From: the human T2T-CHM13v2.0 reference genome, Homo sapiens
Assembly: GCF_009914755.1 (NCBI RefSeq)
Contig: NC_060940.1
Length of the DNA stretch: 64,000 nt
Strand: one strand, 5' to 3'
Of this stretch, positions 25,401-40,400 are shown one piece after another. Made by a program: the position numbers and the translations under genes. Every line of letters starts with the position of its first letter. Position 1 is the first letter of the stretch. The notes under the pieces are model-generated. The model saw only the letters and a program-made list of their open reading frames with translations. It did no database searches and was not told where the DNA came from.

Positions 25401-28400
25401 TCTCAGAAACTGTTTTGTGATGTGTGCGTTCAACTCACAGAGTTTAACCTTTCTTTTCAAAGAGCAGTTAGGAAACACTCTGTTTGTAAAGTCTGCAAGT
25501 GGATATTCAGACCTCTTTGAGGCCTTCGTTGGAAACGGGATTTCTTCATATTATGCGAGACAGATGAATTCTCAGTAACTTCCTTGTGTTGTGTGTATTC
25601 AACTCACAGAGTTGAACGATCCTTTACACAGAGCAGATTTGAAACACTGTTTTTCTGGAATTTGCAAGTGGAGATTTCAGCCGCTTTGAGGTCAATGGTA
25701 GAAAAGGAAATATCTTCGTATAAAAACTAGACAGAATGATTCTCAGAAACTCCTTTGTGATGTGTGCGTTCAACTCACAGAGTTTAACCTTTCTTTTCAC
25801 AGAGCAGTTAGGAAACACTCTGTTTGTGAAGCCTGCCAGTGGATATTCGGACCTCTTTGAGGCCTTCGTTGGAAACGGGATTTCTTCATATTATGCTAGA
25901 CAGAAGATTTCTCAGTAACTTCTTTGTGTTGTGTGTATGCAACTCACAGAGTTCAACCTTCCTTTAGACAGAGCAGATTTGAAACACTCTTTTTGTGGAA
26001 TTTGCAAGTGGAGATTTCAAGCGCTTCGATGCCAATGGTAGAAAAGGAAATATCTTCGTATAAAAACAAGACAAACTCGTTCCCAGACACTGCGTAGTGA
26101 TGTGTGTGTTTAACTCACAGAGTTTAACCTTTCTTTTCATACAGCATTCTGGAAACCCTGTGTTTGTAAAGTCTGCAAGTGGATATTTGGACCTCTTAGA
26201 TGCCTTCGTTGGAAACGGGATTTCTTCATATAATGCTAGAGGGAAGAATTCTTAGTAACTTCTTTGTGTTGTGTGTATTCAACTGACAGAGTTGAACCTT
26301 CCTTTAGACAGAGCAGATTTGAAAGTCTCTTTTTGTGGAATTTGCAAGTGGAGATTTCAAGCGCTTTGAGGCCAAAAGCAGAAAAGGAAATATTTTCCTA
26401 TAAAAACTAGACAGAATCTTTCTCAGAAACTGCTCTGGGATGTGTGCGTTCAACTCACAGAGTTTAACTTTTCTTTTCATTCAGCAGTTTGGAAACACTC
26501 TGTTTGGAAAGTCTGCACGTGGATATTTTGACCTCTTTGAGGCCTTCGTTGGAAACGGGTTTTTTTCATGTAAGGCTAGACAGAAGAAATCTCAGTAACT
26601 TCCTTGTGTTGTGTGTATTCAACTGACAGAGTTGAACCTTCCTTTAGACAGAGCAGATTCGAAACACTCTTTTTCTGCAATTTGCAAGTGGAGACTTCAA
26701 GCGCTTTGAGGCCAAAGGCAGAAAAGGAAATATCTTCGTATAAAAACCCGACAGAATCATTCTCAGAAACTGCTCTGTGATGTGTGCGTTCAACTCACAG
26801 AGTTTAACTTTTCTTTTCATTCAGCAGTTTGGAAACACTCTGTTTGTAAAGTCTGCAAGTGGATATCTTGGCCTCTTAGAGGCCTTCGTTGGAAACGGGT
26901 TTTTTCATGTAAGGTTAGACAGAGGAATTCCCACTAACTTCCTTGTGTTGTGTGCATTCAACTCACAGAGTTGAATGATTCTTTACACAGAGCAGATTTG
27001 AGACACTCTTTTGGTGGAATTTGTAAGTGGAGAATTCAGCCGCTTTGATGTCAACGGTAGAAAAGGAAATATCTTCGTATAAAAACTAGACAGAATGATT
27101 CTCAGAAACTGTTTTGTGATGTGTGCTTTCAACTCACAGAGTTTAACCTTTCTTTTCAAAGAGCAGTTAGGAAACACTCTGTTTGTAAAGTCTGCAAGTG
27201 GATATTCAGACCTCTTTGAGGCCTTCGTTGGAAACGGGATTTCTTCATATTATGCTAGACAGATGAATTCTCAGTAACTTCCTTGTGTTGTGTGTATTCA
27301 ACTCACAGAGTTGAACGATCCTTTACACAGAGCAGATTTGAAACACTGTTTTTCTGGAATTTGCAAGTGGAGATTTCAGCCGCTTTGAGGTCAATGGTAG
27401 AAAAGGAAATATCTTCGTATAAAAACTAGACAGAATGATTCTCAGAAACTCCTTTGTGATGTGTGCGTTCAACTCACAGAGTTTAACCTTTCTTTTCACA
27501 GAGCAGTTAGGAAACACTCTGTTTGTGAAGCCTGCCAGTGGATATTCGGACCTCTTTGAGGCCTTCGTTGGAAACGGGATTTCTTCATATTATGCTAGAC
27601 AGAAGATTTCTCAGTAACTTCTTTGTGTTGTGTGTATGCAACTCACAGAGTTCAACCTTCCTTTAGACAGAGCAGATTTGAAACACTCTTTTTGTGGAAT
27701 TTGCAAGTGGAGATTTCAAGCGCTTCGATGCCAATGGTAGAAAAGGAAATATCTTCGTATAAAAACAAGACAAACTCGTTCCCAGACACTGCGTAGTGAT
27801 GTGTGTGTTTAACTCACAGAGTTTAACCTTTCTTTTCATACAGCATTCTGGAAACCCTCTGTTTGTAAAGTCTGCAAGTGGATATTTGGACCTCTTAGAT
27901 GCCTTCGTTGGAAACGGGATTTCTTCATATAATGCTAGAGGGAAGAATTCTTAGTAACTTCTTTGTGTTGTGTGTATTCAACTGACAGAGTTGAACCTTC
28001 CTTTAGACAGAGCAGATTTGAAAGTCTCTTTTTGTGGAATTTGCAAGTGGAGATTTCAAGCGCTTTGAGGCCAAAAGCAGAAAAGGAAATATTTTCCTAT
28101 AAAAACTCGACAGAATCTTTCTCAGAAACTGCTCTGGGATGTGTGCGTTCAACTCACAGAGTTTAACTTTTCTTTTCATTCAGCAGTTTGGAAACACTCT
28201 GTTTGGAAAGTCTGCACGTGGATATTTTGACCTCTTTGAGGCCTTCGTTGGAAACGGGTTTTTTTCATGTAAGGCTAGACAGAAGAAATCTCAGTAACTT
28301 CCTTGTGTTGTGTGTATTCAACTGACAGAGTTGAACCTTCCTTTAGACAGAGCAGATTCGAAACACTCTTTTTCTGCAATTTGCAAGTGGAGACTTCAAG

Positions 28401-31400
28401 CGCTTTGAGGCCAAAGGCAGAAAAGGAAATATCTTCGTATAAAAACCCGACAGAATCATTCTCAGAAACTGCTCTGTGATGTGTGCGTTCAACTCACAGA
28501 GTTTAACTTTTCTTTTCATTCAGCAGTTTGGAAACACTCTGTTTGTAAAGTCTGCAAGTGGATATCTTGGCCTCTTAGAGGCCTTCGTTGGAAACGGGTT
28601 TTTTCATGTAAGGATAGACAGAGGAATTCCCAGTAACTTCCTTGTGTTGTGTGCATTCAACTCACAGAGTTGAATGATTCTTTACACAGAGCAGATTTGA
28701 GACACTCTTTTGGTGGAATTTGTAAGTGGAGAATTCAGCCGCTTTGAGGTCAACGGTAGAAAAGGAAATATCTTCGTATAAAAACTAGACAGAATGATTC
28801 TCAGAAACTGTTTTGTGATGTGTGCGTTCAACTCACAGAGTTTAACCTTTCTTTTCAAAGAGCAGTTAGGAAACACTCTGTTTGTAAAGTCTGCAAGTGG
28901 ATATTCAGACCTCTTTGAGGCCTTCGTTGGAAACGGGATTTCTTCATATTATGCTAGACAGATGAATTCTCAGTAACTTCCTTGTGTTGTGTGTATTCAA
29001 CTCACAGAGTTGAACGATCCTTTACACAGAGCAGATTTGAAACACTGTTTTTCTGGAATTTGCAAGTGGAGATTTCAGCCGCTTTGAGGTCAATGGTAGA
29101 AAAGGAAATATCTTCGTATAAAAACTAGACAGAATGATTCTCAGAAACTCCTTTGTGATGTGTGCGTTCAACTCACAGAGTTTAACCTTTCTTTTCACAG
29201 AGCAGTTAGGAAACACTCTGTTTGTGAAGCCTGCCAGTGGATATTCGGACCTCTTTGAGGCCTTCGTTGGAAACGGGATTTCTTCATATTATGCTAGACA
29301 GAAGATTTCTCAGTAACTTCTTTGTGTTGTGTGTATGCAACTCACAGAGTTCAACCTTCCTTTAGACAGAGCAGATTTGAAACACTCTTTTTGTGGAATT
29401 TGCAAGTGGAGATTTCAAGCGCTTCGATGCCAATGGTAGAAAAGGAAATATCTTCGTATAAAAACAAGACAAACTCGTTCCCAGACACTGCGTAGTGATG
29501 TGTGTGTTTAACTCACAGAGTTTCACCTTTCTTTTCATACAGCATTCTGGAAACCCTGTGTTTGTAAAGTCTGCAAGTGGATATTTGGACCTCTTAGATG
29601 CCTTCGTTGGAAACGGGATTTCTTCATATAATGCTAGAGGGAAGAATTCTTAGTAACTTCTTTGTGTTGTGTGTATTCAACTGACAGAGTTGAACCTTCC
29701 TTTAGACAGAGCAGATTTGAAAGTCTCTTTTTGTGGAATTTGCAAGTGGAGATTTCAAGCGCTTTGAGGCCAAAAGCAGAAAAGGAAATATTTTCCTATA
29801 AAAACTCGACAGAATCTTTCTCAGAAACTGCTCTGGGATGTGTGCGTTCAACTCACAGAGTTTAACTTTTCTTTTCATTCAGCAGTTTGGAAACACTCTG
29901 TTTGGAAAGTCTGCACGTGGATATTTTGACCTCTTTGAGGCCTTCGTTGGAAACGGGTTTTTTTCATGTAAGGCTAGACAGAAGAAATCTCAGTAACTTC
30001 CTTGTGTTGTGTGTATTCAACTGACAGAGTTGAACCTTCCTTTAGACAGAGCAGATTCGAAACACTCTTTTTCTGCAATTTGCAAGTGGAGACTTCAAGC
30101 GCTTTGAGGCCAAAGGCAGAAAAGGAAATATCTTCGTATAAAAACCCGACAGAATCATTCTCAGAAACTGCTCTGTGATGTGTGCGTTCAACTCACAGAG
30201 TTTAACTTTTCTTTTCATTCAGCAGTTTGGAAACACTCTGTTTGTAAAGTCTGCAAGTGGATATCTTGGCCTCTTAGAGGCCTTCGTTGGAAGCGGGTTT
30301 TTTCATGTAAGGTTAGACAGAGGAATTCCCACTAACTTCCTTGTGTTGTGTGCATTCAACTCACAGAGTTGAATGATTCTTTACACAGAGCAGATTTGAG
30401 ACACTCTTTTGGTGGAATTTGTAAGTGGAGAATTCAGCCGCTTTGATGTCAACGGTAGAAAAGGAAATATCTTCGTATAAAAACTAGACAGAATGATTCT
30501 CAGAAACTGTTTTGTGATGTGTGCTTTCAACTCACAGAGTTTAACCTTTCTTTTCAAAGAGCAGTTAGGAAACACTCTGTTTGTAAAGTCTGCAAGTGGA
30601 TATTCAGACCTCTTTGAGGCCTTCGTTGGAAACGGGATTTCTTCATATTATGCTAGACAGATGAATTCTCAGTAACTTCCTTGTGTTGTGTGTATTCAAC
30701 TCACAGAGTTGAACGATCCTTTACACAGAGCAGATTTGAAACACTGTTTTTCTGGAATTTGCAAGTGGAGATTTCAGCCGCTTTGAGGTCAATGGTAGAA
30801 AAGGAAATATCTTCGTATAAAAACTAGACAGAATGATTCTCAGAAACTCCTTTGTGATGTGTGCGTTCAACTCACAGAGTTTAACCTTTCTTTTCACAGA
30901 GCAGTTAGGAAACACTCTGTTTGTGAAGCCTGCCAGTGGATATTCGGACCTCTTTGAGGCCTTCGTTGGAAACGGGATTTCTTCATATTATGCTAGACAG
31001 AAGATTTCTCAGTAACTTCTTTGTGTTGTGTGTATGCAACTCACAGAGTTCAACCTTCCTTTAGACAGAGCAGATTTGAAACACTCTTTTTGTGGAATTT
31101 GCAAGTGGAGATTTCAAGCGCTTCGATGCCAATGGTAGAAAAGGAAATATCTTCGTATAAAAACAAGACAAACTCGTTCCCAGACACTGCGTAGTGATGT
31201 GTGTGTTTAACTCACAGAGTTTAACCTTTCTTTTCATACAGCATTCTGGAAACCCTGTGTTTGTAAAGTCTGCAAGTGGATATTTGGACCTCTTAGATGC
31301 CTTCGTTGGAAACGGGATTTCTTCATATAATGCTAGAGGGAAGAATTCTTAGTAACTTCTTTGTGTTGTGTGTATTCAACTGACAGAGTTGAACCTTCCT

Positions 31401-34400
31401 TTAGACAGAGCAGATTTGAAAGTCTCTTTTTGTGGAATTTGCAAGTGGAGATTTCAAGCGCTTTGAGGCCAAAAGCAGAAAAGGAAATATTTTCCTATAA
31501 AAACTCGACAGAATCTTTCTCAGAAACTGCTCTGGGATGTGTGCGTTCAACTCACAGAGTTTAACTTTTCTTTTCATTCAGCAGTTTGGAAACACTCTGT
31601 TTGGAAAGTCTGCACGTGGATATTTTGACCTCTTTGAGGCCTTCGTTGGAAACGGGTTTTTTTCATGTAAGGCTAGACAGAAGAAATCTCAGTAACTTCC
31701 TTGTGTTGTGTGTATTCAACTGACAGAGTTGAACCTTCCTTTAGACAGAGCAGATTCGAAACACTCTTTTTCTGCAATTTGCAAGTGGAGACTTCAAGCG
31801 CTTTGAGGCCAAAGGCAGAAAAGGAAATATCTTCGTATAAAAACCCGACAGAATCATTCTCAGAAACTGCTCTGTGATGTGTGCGTTCAACTCACAGAGT
31901 TTAACTTTTCTTTTCATTCAGCAGTTTGGAAACACTCTGTTTGTAAAGTCTGCAAGTGGATATCTTGGCCTCTTAGAGGCCTTCGTTGGAAACGGGTTTT
32001 TTCATGTAAGGATAGACAGAGGAATTCCCAGTAACTTCCTTGTGTTGTGTGCATTCAACTCACAGAGTTGAATGATTCTTTACACAGAGCAGATTTGAGA
32101 CACTCTTTTGGTGGAATTTGTAAGTGGAGAATTCAGCCGCTTTGAGGTCAACGGTAGAAAAGGAAATATCTTCGTATAAAAACTAGACAGAATGATTCTC
32201 AGAAACTGTTTTGTGATGTGTGCGTTCAACTCACAGAGTTTAACCTTTCTTTTCAAAGAGCAGTTAGGAAACACTCTGTTTGTAAAGTCTGCAAGTGGAT
32301 ATTCAGACCTCTTTGAGGCCTTCGTTGGAAACGGGATTTCTTCATATTATGCTAGACAGATGAATTCTCAGTAACTTCCTTGTGTTGTGTGTATTCAACT
32401 CACAGAGTTGAACGATCCTTTACACAGAGCAGATTTGAAACACTGTTTTTCTGGAATTTGCAAGTGGAGATTTCAGCCGCTTTGAGGTCAATGGTAGAAA
32501 AGGAAATATCTTCGTATAAAAACTAGACAGAATGATTCTCAGAAACTCCTTTGTGATGTGTGCGTTCAACTCACAGAGTTTAACCTTTCTTTTCACAGAG
32601 CAGTTAGGAAACACTCTGTTTGTGAAGCCTGCCAGTGGATATTCGGACCTCTTTGAGGACTTCGTTGGAAACGGGATTTCTTCATATTATGCTAGACAGA
32701 AGATTTCTCAGTAACTTCTTTGTGTTGTGTGTATGCAACTCACAGAGTTCAACCTTCCTTTAGACAGAGCAGATTTGAAACACTCTTTTTGTGGAATTTG
32801 CAAGTGGAGATTTCAAGCGCTTCGATGCCAATGGTAGAAAAGGAAATATCTTCGTATAAAAACAAGACAAACTCGTTCCCAGACACTGCGTAGTGATGTG
32901 TGTGTTTAACTCACAGAGTTTAACCTTTCTTTTCATACAGCATTCTGGAAACCCTCTGTTTGTAAAGTCTGCAAGTGGATATTTGGACCTCTTAGATGCC
33001 TTCGTTGGAAACGGGATTTCTTCATATAATGCTAGAGGGAAGAATTCTTAGTAACTTCTTTGTGTTGTGTGTATTCAACTGACAGAGTTGAACCTTCCTT
33101 TAGACAGAGCAGATTTGAAAGTCTCTTTTTGTGGAATTTGCAAGTGGAGATTTCAAGCGCTTTGAGGCCAAAAGCAGAAAAGGAAATATTTTCCTATAAA
33201 AACTAGACAGAATCTTTCTCAGAAACTGCTCTGGGATGTGTGCGTTCAACTCACAGAGTTTAACTTTTCTTTTCATTCAGCAGTTTGGAAACACTCTGTT
33301 TGGAAAGTCTGCACGTGGATATTTTGACCTCTTTGAGGCCTTCGTTGGAAACGGGTTTTTTTCATGTAAGGCTAGACAGAAGAAATCTCAGTAACTTCCT
33401 TGTGTTGTGTGTATTCAACTGACAGAGTTGAACCTTCCTTTAGACAGAGCAGATTCGAAACACTCTTTTTCTGCAATTTGCAAGTGGAGACTTCAAGCGC
33501 TTTGAGGCCAAAGGCAGAAAAGGAAATATCTTCGTATAAAAACCCGACAGAATCATTCTCAGAAACTGCTCTGTGATGTGTGCGTTCAACTCACAGAGTT
33601 TAACTTTTCTTTTCATTCAGCAGTTTGGAAACACTCTGTTTGTAAAGTCTGCAAGTGGATATCTTGGCCTCTTAGAGGCCTTCGTTGGAAGCGGGTTTTT
33701 TCATGTAAGGTTAGACAGAGGAATTCCCACTAACTTCCTTGTGTTGTGTGCATTCAACTCACAGAGTTGAATGATTCTTTACACAGAGCAGATTTGAGAC
33801 ACTCTTTTGGTGGAATTTGTAAGTGGAGAATTCAGCCGCTTTGATGTCAACGGTAGAAAAGGAAATATCTTCGTATAAAAACTAGACAGAATGATTCTCA
33901 GAAACTGTTTTGTGATGTGTGCTTTCAACTCACAGAGTTTAACCTTTCTTTTCAAAGAGCAGTTAGGAAACACTCTGTTTGTAAAGTCTGCAAGTGGATA
34001 TTCAGACCTCTTTGAGGCCTTCGTTGGAAACGGGATTTCTTCATATTATGCTAGACAGATGAATTCTCAGTAACTTCCTTGTGTTGTGTGTATTCAACTC
34101 ACAGAGTTGAACGATCCTTTACACAGAGCAGATTTGAAACACTGTTTTTCTGGAATTTGCAAGTGGAGATTTCAGCCGCTTTGAGGTCAATGGTAGAAAA
34201 GGAAATATCTTCGTATAAAAACTAGACAGAATGATTCTCAGAAACTCCTTTGTGATGTGTGCGTTCAACTCACAGAGTTTAACCTTTCTTTTCACAGAGC
34301 AGTTAGGAAACACTCTGTTTGTGAAGCCTGCCAGTGGATATTCGGACCTCTTTGAGGCCTTCGTTGGAAACGGGATTTCTTCATATTATGCTAGACAGAA

Positions 34401-37400
34401 GATTTCTCAGTAACTTCTTTGTGTTGTGTGTATGCAACTCACAGAGTTCAACCTTCCTTTAGACAGAGCAGATTTGAAACACTCTTTTTGTGGAATTTGC
34501 AAGTGGAGATTTCAAGCGCTTCGATGCCAATGGTAGAAAAGGAAATATCTTCGTATAAAAACAAGACAAACTCGTTCCCAGACACTGCGTAGTGATGTGT
34601 GTGTTTAACTCACAGAGTTTAACCTTTCTTTTCATACAGCATTCTGGAAACCCTGTGTTTGTAAAGTCTGCAAGTGGATATTTGGACCTCTTAGATGCCT
34701 TCGTTGGAAACGGGATTTCTTCATATAATGCTAGAGGGAAGAATTCTTAGTAACTTCTTTGTGTTGTGTGTATTCAACTGACAGAGTTGAACCTTCCTTT
34801 AGACAGAGCAGATTTGAAAGTCTCTTTTTGTGGAATTTGCAAGTGGAGATTTCAAGCGCTTTGAGGCCAAAAGCAGAAAAGGAAATATTTTCCTATAAAA
34901 ACTCGACAGAATCTTTCTCAGAAACTGCTCTGGGATGTGTGCGTTCAACTCACAGAGTTTAACTTTTCTTTTCATTCAGCAGTTTGGAAACACTCTGTTT
35001 GGAAAGTCTGCACGTGGATATTTTGACCTCTTTGAGGCCTTCGTTGGAAACGGGTTTTTTTCATGTAAGGCTAGACAGAAGAAATCTCAGTAACTTCCTT
35101 GTGTTGTGTGTATTCAACTGACAGAGTTGAACCTTCCTTTAGACAGAGCAGATTCGAAACACTCTTTTTCTGCAATTTGCAAGTGGAGACTTCAAGCGCT
35201 TTGAGGCCAAAGGCAGAAAAGGAAATATCTTCGTATAAAAACCCGACAGAATCATTCTCAGAAACTGCTCTGTGATGTGTGCGTTCAACTCACAGAGTTT
35301 AACTTTTCTTTTCATTCAGCAGTTTGGAAACACTCTGTTTGTAAAGTCTGCAAGTGGATATCTTGGCCTCTTAGAGGCCTTCGTTGGAAACGGGTTTTTT
35401 CATGTAAGGATAGACAGAGGAATTCCCAGTAACTTCCTTGTGTTGTGTGCATTCAACTCACAGAGTTGAATGATTCTTTACACAGAGCAGATTTGAGACA
35501 CTCTTTTGGTGGAATTTGTAAGTGGAGAATTCAGCCGCTTTGAGGTCAACGGTAGAAAAGGAAATATCTTCGTATAAAAACTAGACAGAATGATTCTCAG
35601 AAACTGTTTTGTGATGTGTGCGTTCAACTCACAGAGTTTAACCTTTCTTTTCAAAGAGCAGTTAGGAAACACTCTGTTTGTAAAGTCTGCAAGTGGATAT
35701 TCAGACCTCTTTGAGGCCTTCGTTGGAAACGGGATTTCTTCATATTATGCTAGACAGATGAATTCTCAGTAACTTCCTTGTGTTGTGTGTATTCAACTCA
35801 CAGAGTTGAACGATCCTTTACACAGAGCAGATTTGAAACACTGTTTTTCTGGAATTTGCAAGTGGAGATTTCAGCCGCTTTGAGGTCAATGGTAGAAAAG
35901 GAAATATCTTCGTATAAAAACTAGACAGAATGATTCTCAGAAACTCCTTTGTGATGTGTGCGTTCAACTCACAGAGTTTAACCTTTCTTTTCACAGAGCA
36001 GTTAGGAAACACTCTGTTTGTGAAGCCTGCCAGTGGATATTCGGACCTCTTTGAGGCCTTCGTTGGAAACGGGATTTCTTCATATTATGCTAGACAGAAG
36101 ATTTCTCAGTAACTTCTTTGTGTTGTGTGTATGCAACTCACAGAGTTCAACCTTCCTTTAGACAGAGCAGATTTGAAACACTCTTTTTTTGGAATTTGCA
36201 AGTGGAGATTTCAAGCGCTTCGATGCCAATGGTAGAAAAGGAAATATCTTCGTATAAAAACAAGACAAACTCGTTCCCAGACACTGCGTAGTGATGTGTG
36301 TGTTTAACTCACAGAGTTTCACCTTTCTTTTCATACAGCATTCTGGAAACCCTCTGTTTGTAAAGTCTGCAAGTGGATATTTGGACCTCTTAGATGCCTT
36401 CGTTGGAAACGGGATTTCTTCATATAATGCTAGAGGGAAGAATTCTTAGTAACTTCTTTGTGTTGTGTGTATTCAACTGACAGAGTTGAACCTTCCTTTA
36501 GACAGAGCAGATTTGAAAGTCTCTTTTTGTGGAATTTGCAAGTGGAGATTTCAAGCGCTTTGAGGCCAAAAGCAGAAAAGGAAATATTTTCCTATAAAAA
36601 CTCGACAGAATCTTTCTCAGAAACTGCTCTGGGATGTGTGCGTTCAACTCACAGAGTTTAACTTTTCTTTTCATTCAGCAGTTTGGAAACACTCTGTTTG
36701 GAAAGTCTGCACGTGGATATTTTGACCTCTTTGAGGCCTTCGTTGGAAACGGGTTTTTTTCATGTAAGGCTAGACAGAAGAAATCTCAGTAACTTCCTTG
36801 TGTTGTGTGTATTCAACTGACAGAGTTGAACCTTCCTTTAGACAGAGCAGATTCGAAACACTCTTTTTCTGCAATTTGCAAGTGGAGACTTCAAGCGCTT
36901 TGAGGCCAAAGGCAGAAAAGGAAATATCTTCGTATAAAAACCCGACAGAATCATTCTCAGAAACTGCTCTGTGATGTGTGCGTTCAACTCACAGAGTTTA
37001 ACTTTTCTTTTCATTCAGCAGTTTGGAAACACTCTGTTTGTAAAGTCTGCAAGTGGATATCTTGGCCTCTTAGAGGCCTTCGTTGGAAGCGGGTTTTTTC
37101 ATGTAAGGATAGACAGAGGAATTCCCAGTAACTTCCTTGTGTTGTATGCATTCAACTCACAGAGTTGAATGATTCTTTACACAGAGCAGATTTGAGACAC
37201 TCTTTTGGTGGAATTTGTAAGTGGAGAATTCAGCCGCTTTGAGGTCAACGGTAGAAAAGGAAATATCTTCGTATAAAAACTAGACAGAATGATTCTCAGA
37301 AACTGTTTTGTGATGTGTGCTTTCAACTCACAGAGTTTAACCTTTCTTTTCAAAGAGCAGTTAGGAAACACTCTGTTTGTAAAGTCTGCAAGTGGATATT

Positions 37401-40400
37401 CAGACCTCTTTGAGGCCTTCGTTGGAAACGGGATTTCTTCATATTATGCTAGACAGATGAATTCTCAGTAACTTCCTTGTGTTGTGTGTATTCAACTCAC
37501 AGAGTTAAACGATCCTTTACACAGAGCAGATTTGAAACACTGTTTTTCTGGAATTTGCAAGTGGAGATTTCAGCCGCTTTGAGGTCAATGGTAGAAAAGG
37601 AAATATCTTCGTATAAAAACTAGACAGAATGATTCTCAGAAACTCCTTTGTGATGTGTGCGTTCAACTCACAGAGTTTAACCTTTCTTTTCACAGAGCAG
37701 TTAGGAAACACTCTGTTTGTGAAGCCTGCCAGTGGATATTCGGACCTCTTTGAGGCCTTCGTTGGAAACGGGATTTCTTCATATTATGCTAGACAGAAGA
37801 TTTCTCAGTAACTTCTTTGTGTTGTGTGTATGCAACTCACAGAGTTCAACCTTCCTTTAGACAGAGCAGATTTGAAACACTCTTTTTGTGGAATTTGCAA
37901 GTGGAGATTTCAAGCGCTTCGATGCCAATGGTAGAAAAGGAAATATCTTCGTATAAAAACAAGACAAACTCGTTCCCAGACACTGCGTAGTGATGTGTGT
38001 GTTTAACTCACAGAGTTTAACCTTTCTTTTCATACAGCATTCTGGAAACCCTGTGTTTGTAAAGTCTGCAAGTGGATATTTGGACCTCTTAGATGCCTTC
38101 GTTGGAAACGGGATTTCTTCATATAATGCTAGAGGGAAGAATTCTTAGTAACTTCTTTGTGTTGTGTGTATTCAACTGACAGAGTTGAACCTTCCTTTAG
38201 ACAGAGCAGATTTGAAAGTCTCTTTTTGTGGAATTTGCAAGTGGAGATTTCAAGCGCTTTGAGGCCAAAAGCAGAAAAGGAAATATTTTCCTATAAAAAC
38301 TCGACAGAATCTTTCTCAGAAACTGCTCTGGGATGTGTGCGTTCAACTCACAGAGTTTAACTTTTCTTTTCATTCAGCAGTTTGGAAACACTCTGTTTGG
38401 AAAGTCTGCACGTGGATATTTTGACCTCTTTGAGGCCTTCGTTGGAAACGGGTTTTTTTCATGTAAGGCTAGACAGAAGAAATCTCAGTAACTTCCTTGT
38501 GTTGTGTGTATTCAACTGACAGAGTTGAACCTTCCTTTAGACAGAGCAGATTCGAAACACTCTTTTTCTGCAATTTGCAAGTGGAGACTTCAAGCGCTTT
38601 GAGGCCAAAGGCAGAAAAGGAAATATCTTCGTATAAAAACCCGACAGAATCATTCTCAGAAACTGCTCTGTGATGTGTGCGTTCAACTCACAGAGTTTAA
38701 CTTTTCTTTTCATTCAGCAGTTTGGAAACACTCTGTTTGTAAAGTCTGCAAGTGGATATCTTGGCCTCTTAGAGGCCTTCGTTGGAAACGGGTTTTTTCA
38801 TGTAAGGATAGACAGAGGAATTCCCAGTAACTTCCTTGTGTTGTGTGCATTCAACTCACAGAGTTGAATGATTCTTTACACAGAGCAGATTTGAGACACT
38901 CTTTTGGTGGAATTTGTAAGTGGAGAATTCAGCCGCTTTGAGGTCAACGGTAGAAAAGGAAATATCTTCGTATAAAAACTAGACAGAATGATTCTCAGAA
39001 ACTGTTTTGTGATGTGTGCGTTCAACTCACAGAGTTTAACCTTTCTTTTCAAAGAGCAGTTAGGAAACACTCTGTTTGTAAAGTCTGCAAGTGGATATTC
39101 AGACCTCTTTGAGGCCTTCGTTGGAAACGGGATTTCTTCATATTATGCTAGACAGATGAATTCTCAGTAACTTCCTTGTGTTGTGTGTATTCAACTCACA
39201 GAGTTGAACGATCCTTTACACAGAGCAGATTTGAAACACTGTTTTTCTGGAATTTGCAAGTGGAGATTTCAGCCGCTTTGAGGTCAATGGTAGAAAAGGA
39301 AATATCTTCGTATAAAAACTAGACAGAATGATTCTCAGAAACTCCTTTGTGATGTGTGCGTTCAACTCACAGAGTTTAACCTTTCTTTTCACAGAGCAGT
39401 TAGGAAACACTCTGTTTGTGAAGCCTGCCAGTGGATATTCGGACCTCTTTGAGGCCTTCGTTGGAAACGGGATTTCTTCATATTATGCTAGACAGAAGAT
39501 TTCTCAGTAACTTCTTTGTGTTGTGTGTATGCAACTCACAGAGTTCAACCTTCCTTTAGACAGAGCAGATTTGAAACACTCTTTTTGTGGAATTTGCAAG
39601 TGGAGATTTCAAGCGCTTCGATGCCAATGGTAGAAAAGGAAATATCTTCGTATAAAAACAAGACAAACTCGTTCCCAGACACTGCGTAGTGATGTGTGTG
39701 TTTAACTCACAGAGTTTCACCTTTCTTTTCATACAGCATTCTGGAAACCCTCTGTTTGTAAAGTCTGCAAGTGGATATTTGGACCTCTTAGATGCCTTCG
39801 TTGGAAACGGGATTTCTTCATATAATGCTAGAGGGAAGAATTCTTAGTAACTTCTTTGTGTTGTGTGTATTCAACTGACAGAGTTGAACCTTCCTTTAGA
39901 CAGAGCAGATTTGAAAGTCTCTTTTTGTGGAATTTGCAAGTGGAGATTTCAAGCGCTTTGAGGCCAAAAGCAGAAAAGGAAATATTTTCCTATAAAAACT
40001 CGACAGAATCTTTCTCAGAAACTGCTCTGGGATGTGTGCGTTCAACTCACAGAGTTTAACTTTTCTTTTCATTCAGCAGTTTGGAAACACTCTGTTTGGA
40101 AAGTCTGCACGTGGATATTTTGACCTCTTTGAGGCCTTCGTTGGAAACGGGTTTTTTTCATGTAAGGCTAGACAGAAGAAATCTCAGTAACTTCCTTGTG
40201 TTGTGTGTATTCAACTGACAGAGTTGAACCTTCCTTTAGACAGAGCAGATTCGAAACACTCTTTTTCTGCAATTTGCAAGTGGAGACTTCAAGCGCTTTG
40301 AGGCCAAAGGCAGAAAAGGAAATATCTTCGTATAAAAACCCGACAGAATCATTCTCAGAAACTGCTCTGTGATGTGTGCGTTCAACTCACAGAGTTTAAC

